Below, one piece after another: positions 27,271-44,430 of a DNA stretch of 64,000 bases (position 1 is its first letter; the number at the start of each line of letters is the position of its first letter). The notes under the pieces were generated by a model. It made no database searches. It had not been told where the DNA came from and worked only from the letters and a program-made list of their open reading frames with translations. This DNA comes from Eledone cirrhosa (lineage: Eukaryota). The translations under genes were made by a program, and so were the position numbers. The stretch covers positions 234,608,001 through 234,672,000 of the forward strand of contig OZ024741.1 of NCBI GenBank assembly GCA_964016885.1, in the 5' to 3' direction.

Positions 27271-28724
27271 GGACTTCAGTAGGGTGGGATGTTAGGGCAT
27301 GGGAGTGTATGGAATATATATATATATTACTGAGATTTCACTTTGTTTCTACTCTGAGTTTCATGGATTGCCACTGATTATACACACACAAGCATATCAT
27401 AAACATAGAAGCTCTCTTGCAATATAACAGACTGAAGAGGTTAACAGGCCATACTGTTTGAATTTCAAGGTGTCTACTCTATGGAGTTCTATATTCTGAG
27501 AAAAGAGACCCATCTAACCAGTTTAATGCTTCTGTTACCATATTTCTAATGAAATACCTTGTATGTTAATTAATTAAGAATTTGGAAAGGATTTACTAAA
27601 ATTATAATTTCATTAAGATCTTATATGTATTATAAGAAAATATTCTTTTGTTGGAAAATATTAATTTAAGAAGGAACCCTTTAAAATGTGTGCTTTTGTT
27701 TCATAGAAACGGCTGGTTTTGAGCAGGTTGATGTCAAAAGTGTTAAGATACAAAGACTGCTTGAGGTGGTACTGCACTTGTGATACCAGTTTGCATAATA
27801 GATCGAATGATTGATCTGTTGGTGGGATGCATGTAAGACAATAAAACAAAACAAAGAATGGACATGAAAAACATCATTTCACATGTAATTTTCATGTTTG
27901 CACGAATTTAGCCAGGTCAGGTGACCACGTCTTCCTCATACAAATCTGTTTTGGTTTTCTACAGCTAGATGCCCTTCCTAAAGCCAACCACATTAGAGCA
28001 TGTACTTAATGCTTTTTTATCATGGCACCAGTACAACCATACCACAGGGTGAACTTAGTGCTTATATATACACATCTCTCTCTCTCTTTTTCTATACATA
28101 CAGGCATATACACATGTACATATATCCATATAGAGTTCAATTGAGAAGATCCCAAACCTCATTTGCTTACCGAGTGGGGATGGAACTTGTCAAATCGGAC
28201 CAAAGAAACAATGTTTCCATTGGTCTTTCTATTGCTGATACAATATATATATATATATAAATAGAACAGGTGAATATTTAAATCGTTTTTTAATTTATTT
28301 AAAAGATTGTTTGACGATTACTTGTTCCGCTCATTTTTATATATATATATATATTCTATCAGCAATATATATATATATATAGACATATACATGCACAGAT
28401 CCACAGAGAAATGTGACAGACTGGGAAAATTAAAGTGAGAGAGACGGATGGTGAGGGAAAGCCTGTGACACAGTGGGACTTTTACATGGTCTTCCCTTCT
28501 CCCTTACGGGCAACCGTCACATTATAGCCCCACCCTCAACAGTCACGCCAAAGAGTAAACACATGCTCACCTCCACTGCACAAATAAAGAACATACAGAG
28601 TTGCGACATATAGACACGGACAGGGCAGCACCACTACCAGTATTAATGCATCCACCACCACCATTGTATCTATCACACCATCACTACCATCACTGTATAC
28701 ACCACACTATCGTCACTACATGTC

Positions 28725-28865
28725 ACACCACCCCTACCGTCACTACATCCCCCGTACCACATCACCACCCCTACCGTCACTACATCCCCCGTACCACATC
28801 ACCACCCTTACCGTCACTACATCCCCCGTACCACATCACCACCCTTACCGTCACCACATCACCAC
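28725..28865. repeat. 37-bp minisatellite, about 3.5 copies
   Basis: Unit cccctaccgtcactacatcccccgtaccacatcacca at a 37-bp period. Confidence 0.92.
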
Positions 28866-29469
28866 ACCACACCACCACTGCTACTACAAAGCCACCCCCA
28901 CCTTTATCAATTACCATCCATGCCTTCTTCGTCCTCCTCCTTTCACATAACATCCTCTTCCCTATCGTCCGACACTACATCCAGCTATCCATACAACTGC
29001 TTCCAAGTGTTGTTGTTGTTGTTCCCAGTCAAGGTTCTCTCTCTCTCTCTCACACATACACTATCTATCCCCTTCTCTCCCACAAAAAACAAGGCAGCGT
29101 ATTAAAGAAAGTAAAACGAAAATAAAAAAATAAATATAAACTCTCCCCAAAAAGACAAAGCAAGAACTCAAGAAGAGAAAGAGAAACAAACTCAAAACAA
29201 AATTAACGTCGGCGAGAGGCAGAAAAATTCTTCTCTTCCATTTTTATTATTTTTACAACTAAACAAAAACTAACTAAAAAACAAAAACAAAACTAAAGAA
29301 CATTTTAAAACAGCAATAACCACACTAGCAACAACAATAGCAATAACAATAGCAAGCAAGTGGAAGAATGGCAATAATATTAAGACTAACGGGAGAAATG
29401 ATAACAATCCTGGAGGAATTTAAAAAAGATATATTGAAAACCAACAAAGTTATGTTAAGATAAATAGAC

Positions 29470-29502
<33 letters not shown>

Positions 29503-29693
29503 ATTATGTCATTGTGTATATATATTATATAATTGTGCATATAATCGATTATATAATTGTTTATGTATTATATTGTACAATTATATAAATATATATATAC
29601 ACACACAGATAATGATATATCAAATAAATTGCATATATAATTAATACATAATTACATATACACAATACACACACATATAATTACACACACACA

Positions 29694-29745
<52 letters not shown>

Positions 29746-30009
29746 AGTATTTTAAAAGGTCTAGAGCCTTATTTTCTTGCCCCACAACAACAACAGCACT
29801 CAGGGAACGTCATGAATCCCTACAAGAGTTTCGTTTTGATCTTTGCTTCTTCAGTGAGTCTACTCCTCCGCAAACAATGTCCGAGTCGGTCTGTAAACTT
29901 CACCGATCCAAGTTCAAGCGCAGGACTCGCGGGACAGATGGACGTACACTTCCTTGGTGAGTTTCCCCACGAAGTCAAACATATCTTGTGTTTTATCCTC
30001 AGTCTCTGG

Positions 30010-30024
30010 ATGTATATGTATATA

Positions 30025-30057
<33 letters not shown>

Positions 30058-30064
30058 GTGTGTG

Positions 30065-30101
<37 letters not shown>

Positions 30102-30619
30102 ATGTATGTATATAAATATATGTGTATGTATATGTATGTATATAAATATATGTATATATATGTGTATGTATATGTATATATATTACATGTGTATATATAT
30201 ATATATACATATGTGTATATATATATATGTGTATGTATATGTATATATATTACGTGTATATATATATATATATACACACATGTGTATATATATATATATA
30301 TATATACACACATGTGTATATATATATATATATACACACACATGTGAGTATATATACATATGTGTATATAAATCTATGTATGTATATATATATATGTATG
30401 TATATATATATGTATATATATATAGATGTATATGTATATATATGTATATGTATGTATATGTATATATATGTATATGTATGTATATGTATATATATATATA
30501 TATATATATGTATATGTATGTATATGTATATGTATGTATATGTATATATATATGTATGTATATGTATATATATATGTATGTGTATGTATATATATATATG
30601 TATGTATATATGTGTATGT

Positions 30620-30660
<41 letters not shown>

Positions 30661-30811
30661 TGTATGTATATATATATGTATGTATATATATATGTATGTA
30701 TGTATATATGTATGTATATATATATGTATATATATATGTATATATATATGTATATATGTAAGTATATATATGTATGTATATATATATATGTATATATATG
30801 TATGTATATAT

Positions 30812-30866
<55 letters not shown>

Positions 30867-30870
30867 TATG

Positions 30871-30908
<38 letters not shown>

Positions 30909-31119
30909 TATGTATATATATGTATGTATATATATATATGTATATGTATGTATATATGTATATATATATGTATGTATATATATATATATGTATATATGTA
31001 TGTATATATATATGTATGTATATATATATATAAATGTATGTATATGTATGTATGTATATATATATATAAATGTATGTATATGTATGTATGTATGTATATA
31101 TATATATATATGTATGTAT

Positions 31120-31167
<48 letters not shown>

Positions 31168-31229
31168 GTATATATATATATGTATGTATATATATATATA
31201 TGTATGTATATATATATATATGTATGTAT

Positions 31230-31277
<48 letters not shown>

Positions 31278-31716
31278 GTATATATATATATGTATATATA
31301 TATGTATGTATGTATATATATATATGTATATATATATGTATGTATGTATATATATATATGTATATATATATGTATGTATGTATATATATATATGTATATA
31401 TATATGTATGTATGTATATATATATATGTATGTATATATATATGTATGTATATATATATATATGTATGTATATATATATATGTATCTATGTATGTATATA
31501 TATATATGTATGTATATCTATATATGTATGTGTATGTATGTATGTATATGTATGTATGTATGTATATATATGTATCCATGTGTATATATATATATATGTA
31601 TCTATATGTATGTATATATGTATCTATATGTATGTATATGTATGTATATAAGTATCTATATCTATGTATATATATATATGTATCTATATATATGTATATA
31701 TATATATGTATCTATA

Positions 31717-31755
<39 letters not shown>

Positions 31756-31860
31756 CTATATATATGTATATATATATATATATACATGTATATATATATA
31801 TATATATACATGTATATATATATCTATCTATCTATGTATATATATATATATCTATCTATG

Positions 31861-31940
<80 letters not shown>

Positions 31941-32152
31941 TGTGTATATATATATATATACATGTATATGTTTATATATATATATGTATGTATATATATA
32001 TGTATATATATGTATGTGTATATATATATATGTATGTGTATATATATATATGTATGTGTATATATATATATGTATGTGTATATATATGTATGTGTATATA
32101 TATATGTATGTGTATATATATGTATGTGTATATATATATGTGTATATATATG

Positions 32153-32188
<36 letters not shown>

Positions 32189-32666
32189 TGTGTATATATA
32201 TATATATGTGTGTATATATATATATATGTGTGTATATATATATATATGTGTATATATATATATATGTGTATATATATATATGTGTATATATATATATATA
32301 TGTGTATATATATATATGTAGAATATGTATATATATATATATGTAGAATATGTATATATATATATATGTGTATATATATATATGTATTTATACATATATA
32401 TATGTATTTATACATATATATATGTATTTATACATATATATATGTATTTATACATATATATGTATTTATACATATATATGTATTTATACATATATATTTA
32501 TTTATACATATATATGTATGTATATACATATATATGTATGTATATATGTATGTATATATATATGTATGTATATATATATGTGTGTATGTATATGTATGTG
32601 CATATATATGTGTATGTATATATATCTATATATATATCTGTATATATATGTGTGCATATATATATG

Positions 32667-32698
<32 letters not shown>

Positions 32699-33394
32699 GG
32701 TAAATATATATATGTATCTATATATATGTATAAATATATGTATATATAAATGTGTATATATATATGTGTATATATATGTATAAATATGTGTATATATATG
32801 TGTGTGTATATATATGTATAAATGTGTATATATGTGTGTATATGTATATATATATATATGTATATATAAATATATATGTATATATAAATATGTATATAAA
32901 TATAGATGTATATATGAATATGTATATATATATATATATGTATATATGAATATGTATATATATATGTATATATAAATGTATATATATATATGTATAATGT
33001 ATATATACATATGTATACATATCTATGTATACATATGTATATACATAGATATGTATACATATTGACTTTGCCTTTCATCCTTACAGGGTCGATAAAATAA
33101 AGTACCAGTAATACACTGGGTATTTGCTGGCCTTGTGCCTAAAGTAGAAACATATATATGTATATATACATATGTATACATATCTATGTATATATATATA
33201 TGTATGTATATATATACATATCTATGTACGTATATATATGTATGTATGTATGTATATCTATGTATATATATATGTGTGTATATATGTATGTATATATATA
33301 TATATATATGTGTGTGTATATATGTATGTGTATATATATATGTATATATAAGTATATCTATGAAAATATGTATATGTATATATCTGTGAGTGTA

Positions 33395-33465
<71 letters not shown>

Positions 33466-33472
33466 ATATATA
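30010..33472. repeat. ~3.4-kb compound (TA)n/(TATG)n/(TG) microsatellite with a partial Meta-type SINE at 33062-33151
   Basis: Seen directly. All long Y/I/M/C/V ORFs here are artefacts. Confidence 0.97.
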
Positions 33473-33819
33473 AGGTCACGACTGGAACGCATTTGATCGT
33501 GTATATTATGCAGTTGTTGCTTAACCCCAGCTTTCTAGCCGTGACCATCCTCTCTTTGCTCTACCTGGAACCACATTTACGTAATGAGCTATTTTGTAAA
33601 ATGGTAGGGTATGATTTGATAGATTTTGCTGCTGTTTCATCTCGCCCAGCGATCCTGTCAGCTCGCATTGTTGTTAATGCTAGTTATCGAGCTCTATTGA
33701 CTGGCGGTAGGCTTCCGGCATGTCGTCTTGATACACCGGTTTCAATATCTGCTTGTGTTCTGTACATTCGTTTTCCGTCACTAGTTTTATCCTGGGCCAT
33801 CATACACACCTCTCTCTCT

Positions 33820-36355
<2,536 letters not shown>

Positions 36356-36939
36356 ATATATTATTACATATAGAGAAAGAGTGAAGAATCAACAGTACAA
36401 GAAGGGTTTTATTTACAGTATACGCCGTCTGGATTACCTATAATGATAACTTGTTATCCCTTATATTTTATATATATATATAATTATATAATTATATATA
36501 TATATAATATATATATATATTATATATTATATATATATATAATATATATATATATTATATATAATTTATTTATATATATATATATTATATATATATTTAT
36601 ATATATTATGTATATATATATATTATATATATATATATTATATATATATATATATTATATATATTTAAAGGTTAAACAAGGTTCAATGAATAACTCAAAG
36701 AATTAGTTTTACAATAGATTGGAAGCACTCAACAATAATGGTTTTCCGGAGTTATTAATATTCGTTCAAAATATTAACAAAAATAGAACTTCATTGTGAT
36801 GAAGTACATTTTATTATACATATTTCAGAGGTAGCTCAGTACCTCTGAAATATGTATAATAAAATATACTTGATCACAATGAAGTTCTATTATTGTAAAT
36901 ATTTTGAATGAATATATATTATATATATATTATATATAT

Positions 36940-37236
36940 GGCCTTGCAATCGAAAGGTTGTGAGTTCAATTCTCAAACCGGGTGATCCTTGAGCAAGACA
37001 TTTTATTTCACATTGTTCCAGTTTACTCAGCTGTAGAAATGAGATGATAGGGACTGGTGCCCATATCATTCCACTGCAAAGTGGTCGTGGAGGTGCCACG
37101 GCAAAAAAGCACCCAGCACTCACTGTAAATGAGGTTGGTGTTAGGAAGGGCATCCAGCTGTAGAAATCAAGCCAGAATCAGTTCCCGTCCCACCCTTGCA
37201 AGCAGGGAAAAAGTGGATGTAAAATGAAATGATGAT
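36940..37236 (+). mobile_element. CORE-type SINE with RTE tail
   Basis: Same family as 13745-14082. Starts at ggccttgcaatcgaaaggttgtgagttcaattctc. Confidence 0.9.
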
Positions 37237-37258
37237 ATATATATATTATTTATACTAA

Positions 37259-37438
37259 TTGGCAGTATCGGTAGAGGGTTGGACGTCATGCTTTCTAGCA
37301 TAGTTACGTCCCTTTACAGTCTGAGTTCAAATCCCGCCGAGGTTAACTTTGCCTTTCATCCTTACGGGGTCGATAAAATAAAGTACCAGTAATGTACTGG
37401 GTAATTGCTGGCCTTGTGCCTAAAGTAGAAACAATTAT
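37259..37438 (+). mobile_element. Meta-type SINE
   Basis: A and B boxes plus the Meta-like core, as in the other copies. Confidence 0.9.
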
Positions 37439-37472
37439 TTATACTACATATATATATATTTATATATATATG

Positions 37473-37506
<34 letters not shown>

Positions 37507-37549
37507 TATATATATACTATATATATATATTATTTATATATATATTATA

Positions 37550-37868
37550 TATCATTTCATCATTTCATTTCATTTTTACGTCCGCTTTTCCCTGCTTGCA
37601 AGGGTGGGACGGGAACTGATTCTGGCTTGATTTCTACAGCTGGATGCCCTTCCTAACACCAACCTCATTTACAGTGAGTGCTGGGTGCTTTTTTTGCCGT
37701 GGCACCTCCACGACCACTTTGCAGTGGAATGATAGAGACCCCAGTCCCTATCATCTCATTTCTACAGCTGAGTAAACTGGAGCAATGTGAAATAAAGTGT
37801 CTTGCTCAAGGAAACAACACATCACCCGGTCTGAGAATTGAACTCACAACCTTTCGATTGCAAGGCCA
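37550..37868 (-). mobile_element. CORE-type SINE with RTE tail, inverted relative to 36940-37236
   Basis: Reverse complement of the same family, truncated at essentially the same 5' point (ggccttgcaatcg). Confidence 0.9.
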
Positions 37869-37994
37869 ATATATATTATTTATATATATATATTATATAT
37901 ATTATATATATTATTTATATATATATATTTTATATATATATTATATATATTAATTCAAAATATTAACAAAAATAGACATTCGTGTGATCAAGTA

Positions 37995-38058
37995 TATTTT
38001 ACACATATTTCAGAGGTACTGAGCTATTTTCAACAGTACGTCCTCATCAGATAAAATA
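37995..38058 (-). ncRNA. Type I hammerhead-ribozyme-like motif
   Basis: Minus strand: TATTTTAT-CTGATGA-gGAcGTACTG-(12 nt)-CAGTACcTCt-GAAA-TATGTG-TAAAATA. The sister copy at ~36830-36866 keeps the intact 3' half GAAA-TATGTA-TA-ATAAAATA, giving an 8-bp helix I. Confidence 0.68.
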
Positions 38059-38253
38059 AGATGATGCATGACATACCCTGACTTAGTAGATGGTTAAGAT
38101 TCAGTGATGGTAGTGAATAAGATATGACAAAGCTCAATATTTATACTTGTTGAGTGCTTCCAATCTATTGTGAAATTCATTCTTTGATTTATTCATTGAA
38201 CCTTGTTTAACCTTTAAATATATTATATATATATATTATTTATATATATATAT

Positions 38254-38285
<32 letters not shown>

Positions 38286-38463
38286 ATTTATATATATATA
38301 TTATTTATATATATTATTTATATATATATATTATATATATATATTATTTATATATATACATTATTTATATATATACATTATTTATATATATATATTATTT
38401 ATATATATATATTTATATATATATATATATATATTATTTATATATATATATATATATATTATT

Positions 38464-38495
<32 letters not shown>

Positions 38496-38622
38496 ATATA
38501 TATATATTATTTATGTATATATATATATATATATATTATTTATATATATATATATTATTTATATATATATATATATTAAATAAATGGAAACTATATTTAT
38601 AAAACCATCGGTTCAAGTTTTT

Positions 38623-38753
<131 letters not shown>

Positions 38754-38942
38754 TGGTGGATTGGCAGTATCGGTAGAGGGTCGGACGCCATGCTTTCCAG
38801 CATAGTTACGTCCCTTTACGATCTGAGTTCAATTCCCGCCGAGGTTAACTTTGCCTTTCATCCTTACGGGGTCGATAAAATAAAGTACCAGTAGTGTACT
38901 GGGATAATTGCTGGCCTTGTGCCAAAAAGTAGAAACAATTAT
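38754..38942 (+). mobile_element. Meta-type SINE
   Basis: Full-length copy with A and B boxes, between (TA)n tracts. Confidence 0.9.
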
Positions 38943-40239
38943 TTATATATATATATATATATATATATTATTTATATATATATATGTGCCCCAGCATGGC
39001 CTCAGCCGGATGGCTAAAACAGGTAAAAGGGTAAAAGAGTATATATATATATATGTGTGTGTGTGAATACACAGATATATACACACATATCTGTATATCT
39101 GACTTTTTAAAAGTCCTTTATCACCAGCTCAGCCCTGACTGAGTTGATCTATGATTAACGGCAGACCTGTCATAACACTGCCCTTCGATCTACCATTTCA
39201 TGTCTTGGTCTACATTACCCTTTTCAAGATGAGTAGGGGTGTAATTTAAGGGAGATAGGACTGCTATATCTAGCGTATTAAGCAACCACATAGAGATTTC
39301 CTTGTTTGTGTGCATGTTTCATCATCCCCAACCCGACATGACTACTACTGTTTCTAGCTATCCCTGTCCTTTTCTTTTATCTTGTATCACTGCCATCAGG
39401 AAAGGGATAAAGAAGATACGACAGAAGCCGCTTTACCTTTAAACACATTATACACCTATAAATATACGTGTGTATGTGTCTGTCTCCGTTCACTCTATCT
39501 CTCCTTCTTTTCCCAAGTCTTTCTCTTTAAATTGTGTTTAGAAAAATATCCAGTACACAGGAACATACACAAGCGATGTATGTACCTATACATGCACATT
39601 ACATATGTATGTGTGTACACACACACACATATATATATAGTATAGCTATATATAAATATATATATATGGTGGGTAATAATAAATATTACCCAGTTACAAG
39701 TATGAAAATAGTTTGATGTAAAATAACAAGTATAATACAGACCCTGAAGTACAATGTAAATGAAAATCAAAATCCAAGAGTGTTTAATCTTTCAAAAATT
39801 TAATCACATCCTAACACAAGGCCGGCATCAACTCCGATGAATCCGGCCTTGTGCTAGGATTTGATTAAATGTTTGAAAGATTAAACACTCTTGGATTTTC
39901 ATTTACATTGTATATATATATATACGTTTATGTATTTGTTATGCATGATTCTTGGTGTGAAATCGTGTGTTGAAACCGATATTGGTTATATTTGGAGATG
40001 GTCATGTTGCCAATATTGCCAACAGAAAGAAACATAAGCAACATATAATTTTCAGTTTAACTCTTTTTTTTTTTATTCATTTGCTTCTCAAAGTTCTTTT
40101 GTTACACATTCTCTGACCTCCTCAATGATTACTTGTGTTGTGCTTCCTATTTATTTCTGGTCTTAAACTTCCACTCCATCCATATCACTGTTGCTCTCTG
40201 TCAAAACGGGCGTTAAATGATGTTATGTATATATATATT

Positions 40240-40481
40240 ATCATCATTGTTTAATGTCCATCTTCCACGCTAGCATGGGTTAGACGTGTTTGTTCCATTT
40301 AGAGGCAAGTTGGGTCAGGTGACTGTGTCTCGCTCATATAGGACAGTTTCTGGCTGGTTTTCTACAGCTGGATGCCCTTCCTAGTTCCAACCACATTTAC
40401 AGTGTGTGCTGGGTGATTTTTGTCGTGACACCTACACGACCACTTACAGAGTAGGCCAGATGTTTTGTGGTACCAACGTAA

Positions 40482-40548
<67 letters not shown>

Positions 40549-41085
40549 GTATATATATACTTTCCGAAGAGGTTGTTTTGGTAAAAACAAGAGCAAGCAA
40601 GAGAAAGCTCTCAACATTCGTACTTTGTAGTTACGATGGAGATTCAGTATAATGATAACATTAATAAAGATGCTGATGTTACAAAAATCGTTTATTCATT
40701 ATAATTATATATATTTACATATATATATCATGACAATGATATATATATAGTTATTGCAGGTAAATGCATTCGTAGGCGGTATGCTGGTTGAGCACTCGAT
40801 GCTCGCGCATTATATACATATATATTTGCGCGTGTATATACATATATCATCATCACCTCCGTCTTATGTCCATTTTCCATGCTAGCATGGGTTAGACGCG
40901 TTGTCCTGTTGTGGCAATGCTAGGTCAGGTGACCATGTCTTGTTCGTACAGGACTGATTCTGGCTTGAATTCTACAGCCTGATGCCCTTCCTAATGCCAA
41001 CTTCATTTACAGTGAGTACTGGGTGCTTTTTGTCGTGACACCTACACAACCACTTTGCAGTGTGGGCTGGGTGCTTTTTGTCGTG
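40240..41085 (-). mobile_element. Two RTE-tail SINE remnants (40240-40480, 40845-41085)
   Basis: catcat...gtccattttccatgctagcatgggttagac...ctacagctggatgcccttcct...gggtgctttttgtcgtg. Confidence 0.75.
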
Positions 41086-42282
41086 TATGTATATTAATTA
41101 GTAGTAACACTAACATAGTGTGTTCATAATAGAGGTGCATATGAATGCATATACAATATGTTTATGTACGATAAACGTATATATCACACTATGGGTGTGT
41201 TAAGCTGTATCCATGTGGCTATGACAGACAAATTCCCTGCATTTTCCCCCATTACACATTTCCTATCTAACCCATGCAAGTATGAAAAATAGACATGAAA
41301 TAGTGATTTTGATGATTCCACTCAATATTGTTCGTATAAAAAAGATTATCTGAATATTATTTACTCTATATACTTGTGTAGAAATTGCATGTCTATTTTA
41401 CATAAAACACAATGAATCATATATTTAAAATTTTAGAGCTGGCATTACAATCTGTAAAGTGTTTGGTGCATATCCAACTGTTGAAACCATACCAAACAAA
41501 AGGTTGCAAGGACTCTTCAGTTGTGTTAAAGACACAACTTCCCTAGTGTTAGGGCCATGATACAATGCACCCAATACACTCTGTAAAGTGGTTAGTGTTA
41601 GGAAGGACATCTAGCTGTAGAAACCATACCAAACTGGAACATATAAAAGTGATATATATTCCACAGCCCACTGGGAGGATAGTAACTCTGATAAACTACT
41701 GACTTAGTTTGTGTCAACTTGTTCAACCTATGGCAATATGGAGAAAAAAAACGGACGTTAATTGAAGATGAAGATTTGTAGATCTAGTCAAATGATTGTT
41801 TTTCACATCATATAATTGTGGAAACGGGGATGTAATTTATGAGTATGAAATGAAATTTAAATTTCACACCTATGCAAGTTTAGCTGGCTTCCCATGAGGT
41901 TGCATCTCATAGGAGGTTTCTGGGGTGTTTTAATGGTCAGTCTTGCTCAATATCACAATACCAGTCGGAATCAAATCCACAACTGTATAATTATAAGCTC
42001 ATCACCCTGGCCACTAGTTCACATACATGAATATATGTGGTAGTTTATAATTTTTACATCTGGATTATGTTTTGATTGGAAATCAAACCAATTGAAATGT
42101 AGAGTACATATATATCATCATCATTACCACCATCATCTTGTGTCCTTTTTGTCCATGCTGTTATTAGTTTGGTGGGTCTCACAGCATTTCCCTACTTATC
42201 ATCACAGTCCTTTATCTTTTGTCTCACAGAGAAAACTGTCAGTCAAGAGACTATTGTACATGTTCATTCGATCTGCTAATAA

Positions 42283-43040
42283 TAGTTCTACATTTGGCAA
42301 AAAGCAATAATTTGAAGGAAATGAGAAAGTCGATTAAATCGACCCCAGTGCATTACTGGTACTTTATTTTATTGACCCTGTAAGAATGAAAGGCAAAGCT
42401 AACCTTGGCGAAATTTGAATTCAGAATGTAAAGGGCTGTAACTCTATGCTGCAAAGTATGTTGTCTGACACTCTACAGATACTGCCAATCCACTGCCCTC
42501 TTGACCTAATAATGGTTTCTGATTTAGATACAAGGCCTACAATTTAGGGGGAGGGTAAAGTCAATTAAATCGGCTCCAGTTTGTTACTGGTGCTTTATTT
42601 TATTGGCCCCTGTAAAGATGAAAGGTAAAGTTAACCTTGCCAGATTTGAACTCAGAACATAGAGACATTCACATTGCTGCAAAGCATGTGTCAGATGCTC
42701 TACTGATACTGCCAATCCACTATCTTCAAAAAAGAAAGGACACATTAGATAGAAATATAGGATGGAATATCTTTGTTCATAGTTCTGCCAACATTGTTGG
42801 CCTTGTGCTTAAATTAGAAACCATTATTGTTGTTGTTGTTCTTATTCTTATTATTAGCACCCTTGGGCAGTTAAAAGAAATTATTATTATTGTTGTCAGT
42901 TACAAGGTGGTGGGTTGGCAGGACCATTAGACAAAATGGTTTATAAAATAAAGTACCAGCCAAGCACCGGGGACAATATAATTGACTTTCCCCTCCTCTC
43001 GAAATTTCTGGCCTTGTGTCTAAATTAGAAATCATTAGTA
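42283..43040. mobile_element. Meta-type SINE cluster: two minus copies (42283-42497, 42510-42722) and a deleted plus copy (~42905-43040)
   Basis: Decayed copies of the same consensus. Confidence 0.8.
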
Positions 43041-43904
43041 TTATTGAACAGCCATTCAGTTCTGAAGATGAAATCACCTGAAATATATTTTCATATTATT
43101 TTATATCCAGTCTTATGTGTATGATTGAATCAAGATAGGATATCTGATATTTTACTGTGTATCACATCAGCGGTAATTCACTGAACTCTGTGGATGGAAG
43201 ACAGTGTGGATGGAAGACAGTCCAATTTAAACTGATTATGTGACTGTTGAAGGAAGAATAATCCTCAAGAGTTTAAAGATTAGGTTGTTGAGAGAGTGTC
43301 TATGTTCAAGGTAGACAACCAGCCAAATTATCTTTGAAAAAGTGGATGACAGTGTGTATGATGGAATTGAATGCTTTACTGGCATAGGGTTCAATCCCAT
43401 CCATGAGAAAAGCTATCTACAACAGCTCAATATCCTATCCGGGAGATGTGTCTCTCACTCACTGACAACACAGAAATTTATAGGGAGCCTCAATGAAGTT
43501 ACTCGAATTGCAAGAAATAGCAACAAAATCTCCCTCGTATTAAATCGAACTACAAGGGTAGGAGACATTAGATAATGTGATCCTAAATATTCTGCGTCTC
43601 AATATAAAAGACAAGGTGCTAAAGGCTGATATATATTTTATCAGATGCCTACTGGATCAGAACTGACCTAGGGTTAAATAGCAACTACAGAAACTAGAGA
43701 GAGTCACCATTTTCACAAATCTTTGTTTTTCAGAAAAGGGTTAACTTAGCTTATCTAGCAAATCAATGTTAAGCGGGATCAGTTTATAAATAGATCAATC
43801 AATAGAACCGGTTATCAGGGTGTGGCTGAAAATGTCCCAGAACCAGAAGTAAGAGTCAAGTGAGAACCAATGCATCCCTAAGGATGATACTGCCAGACAA
43901 CAAG

Positions 43905-44430
43905 GTAATAGAATAGATCTGTGTGTGTGGTTAATGGAACAGTATATAGGATGGATTAGTGTATATAATAGATCAATTAATGTTGGACCGGTGTGCTTGA
44001 TGGATCAGTGGATGTATTAGTTCAATGTGTTGATGGATCAGTGTGTGTTATGCATCAGAGTGTTTGGTCAGTTACTGTCTCTGATGGATTAGCTTGTGAG
44101 ATGGATCACTGAGCATGTTGGATCAGAGTGTCTGGTCAGTTACCATCTCTGATGGATTAGCTTGTGAGATGGATCACTGAGCATGTTGGATCAGAGTGTC
44201 TGGTCAGTTACCATCTCTGATGGATTAGCTTGTGAGGTGGATCACTGAGCATGTTGGGTCAGTGTGTATGATGGATCAATGTATAGAGTGGATCAGGGTG
44301 TGTGATGGATTAGTTTGTTGTCTCAATCAGTGTTTCTGATGTATCAGGGTGTGTTTTGGGTCAGTGAGTGTTATGGATCAATATATTTAGTGGATTAGTA
44401 TATTAGTATATATAATAGATTAGTCTGTGT
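43905..44430. repeat. Degenerate ~17-bp satellite with a 68-bp higher-order unit (3 near-identical copies, 44053-44260)
   Basis: atcagagtg..tggtcagtta...gatggattagcttgtgag.tggatcactgagcatgttgg at 44053, 44121 and 44189. Confidence 0.85.

Noticed and set aside
40563-40640. CCGAAGA followed by stems, and similar CTGAAGA hits at ~44700(-) and ~62249(+)
   Set aside because: No GAAA in the required position.
43065-43095. CTGAAGA-tgaaatcacct-GAAA
   Set aside because: Helix II is only 2 bp and helix I does not pair. Likely chance.
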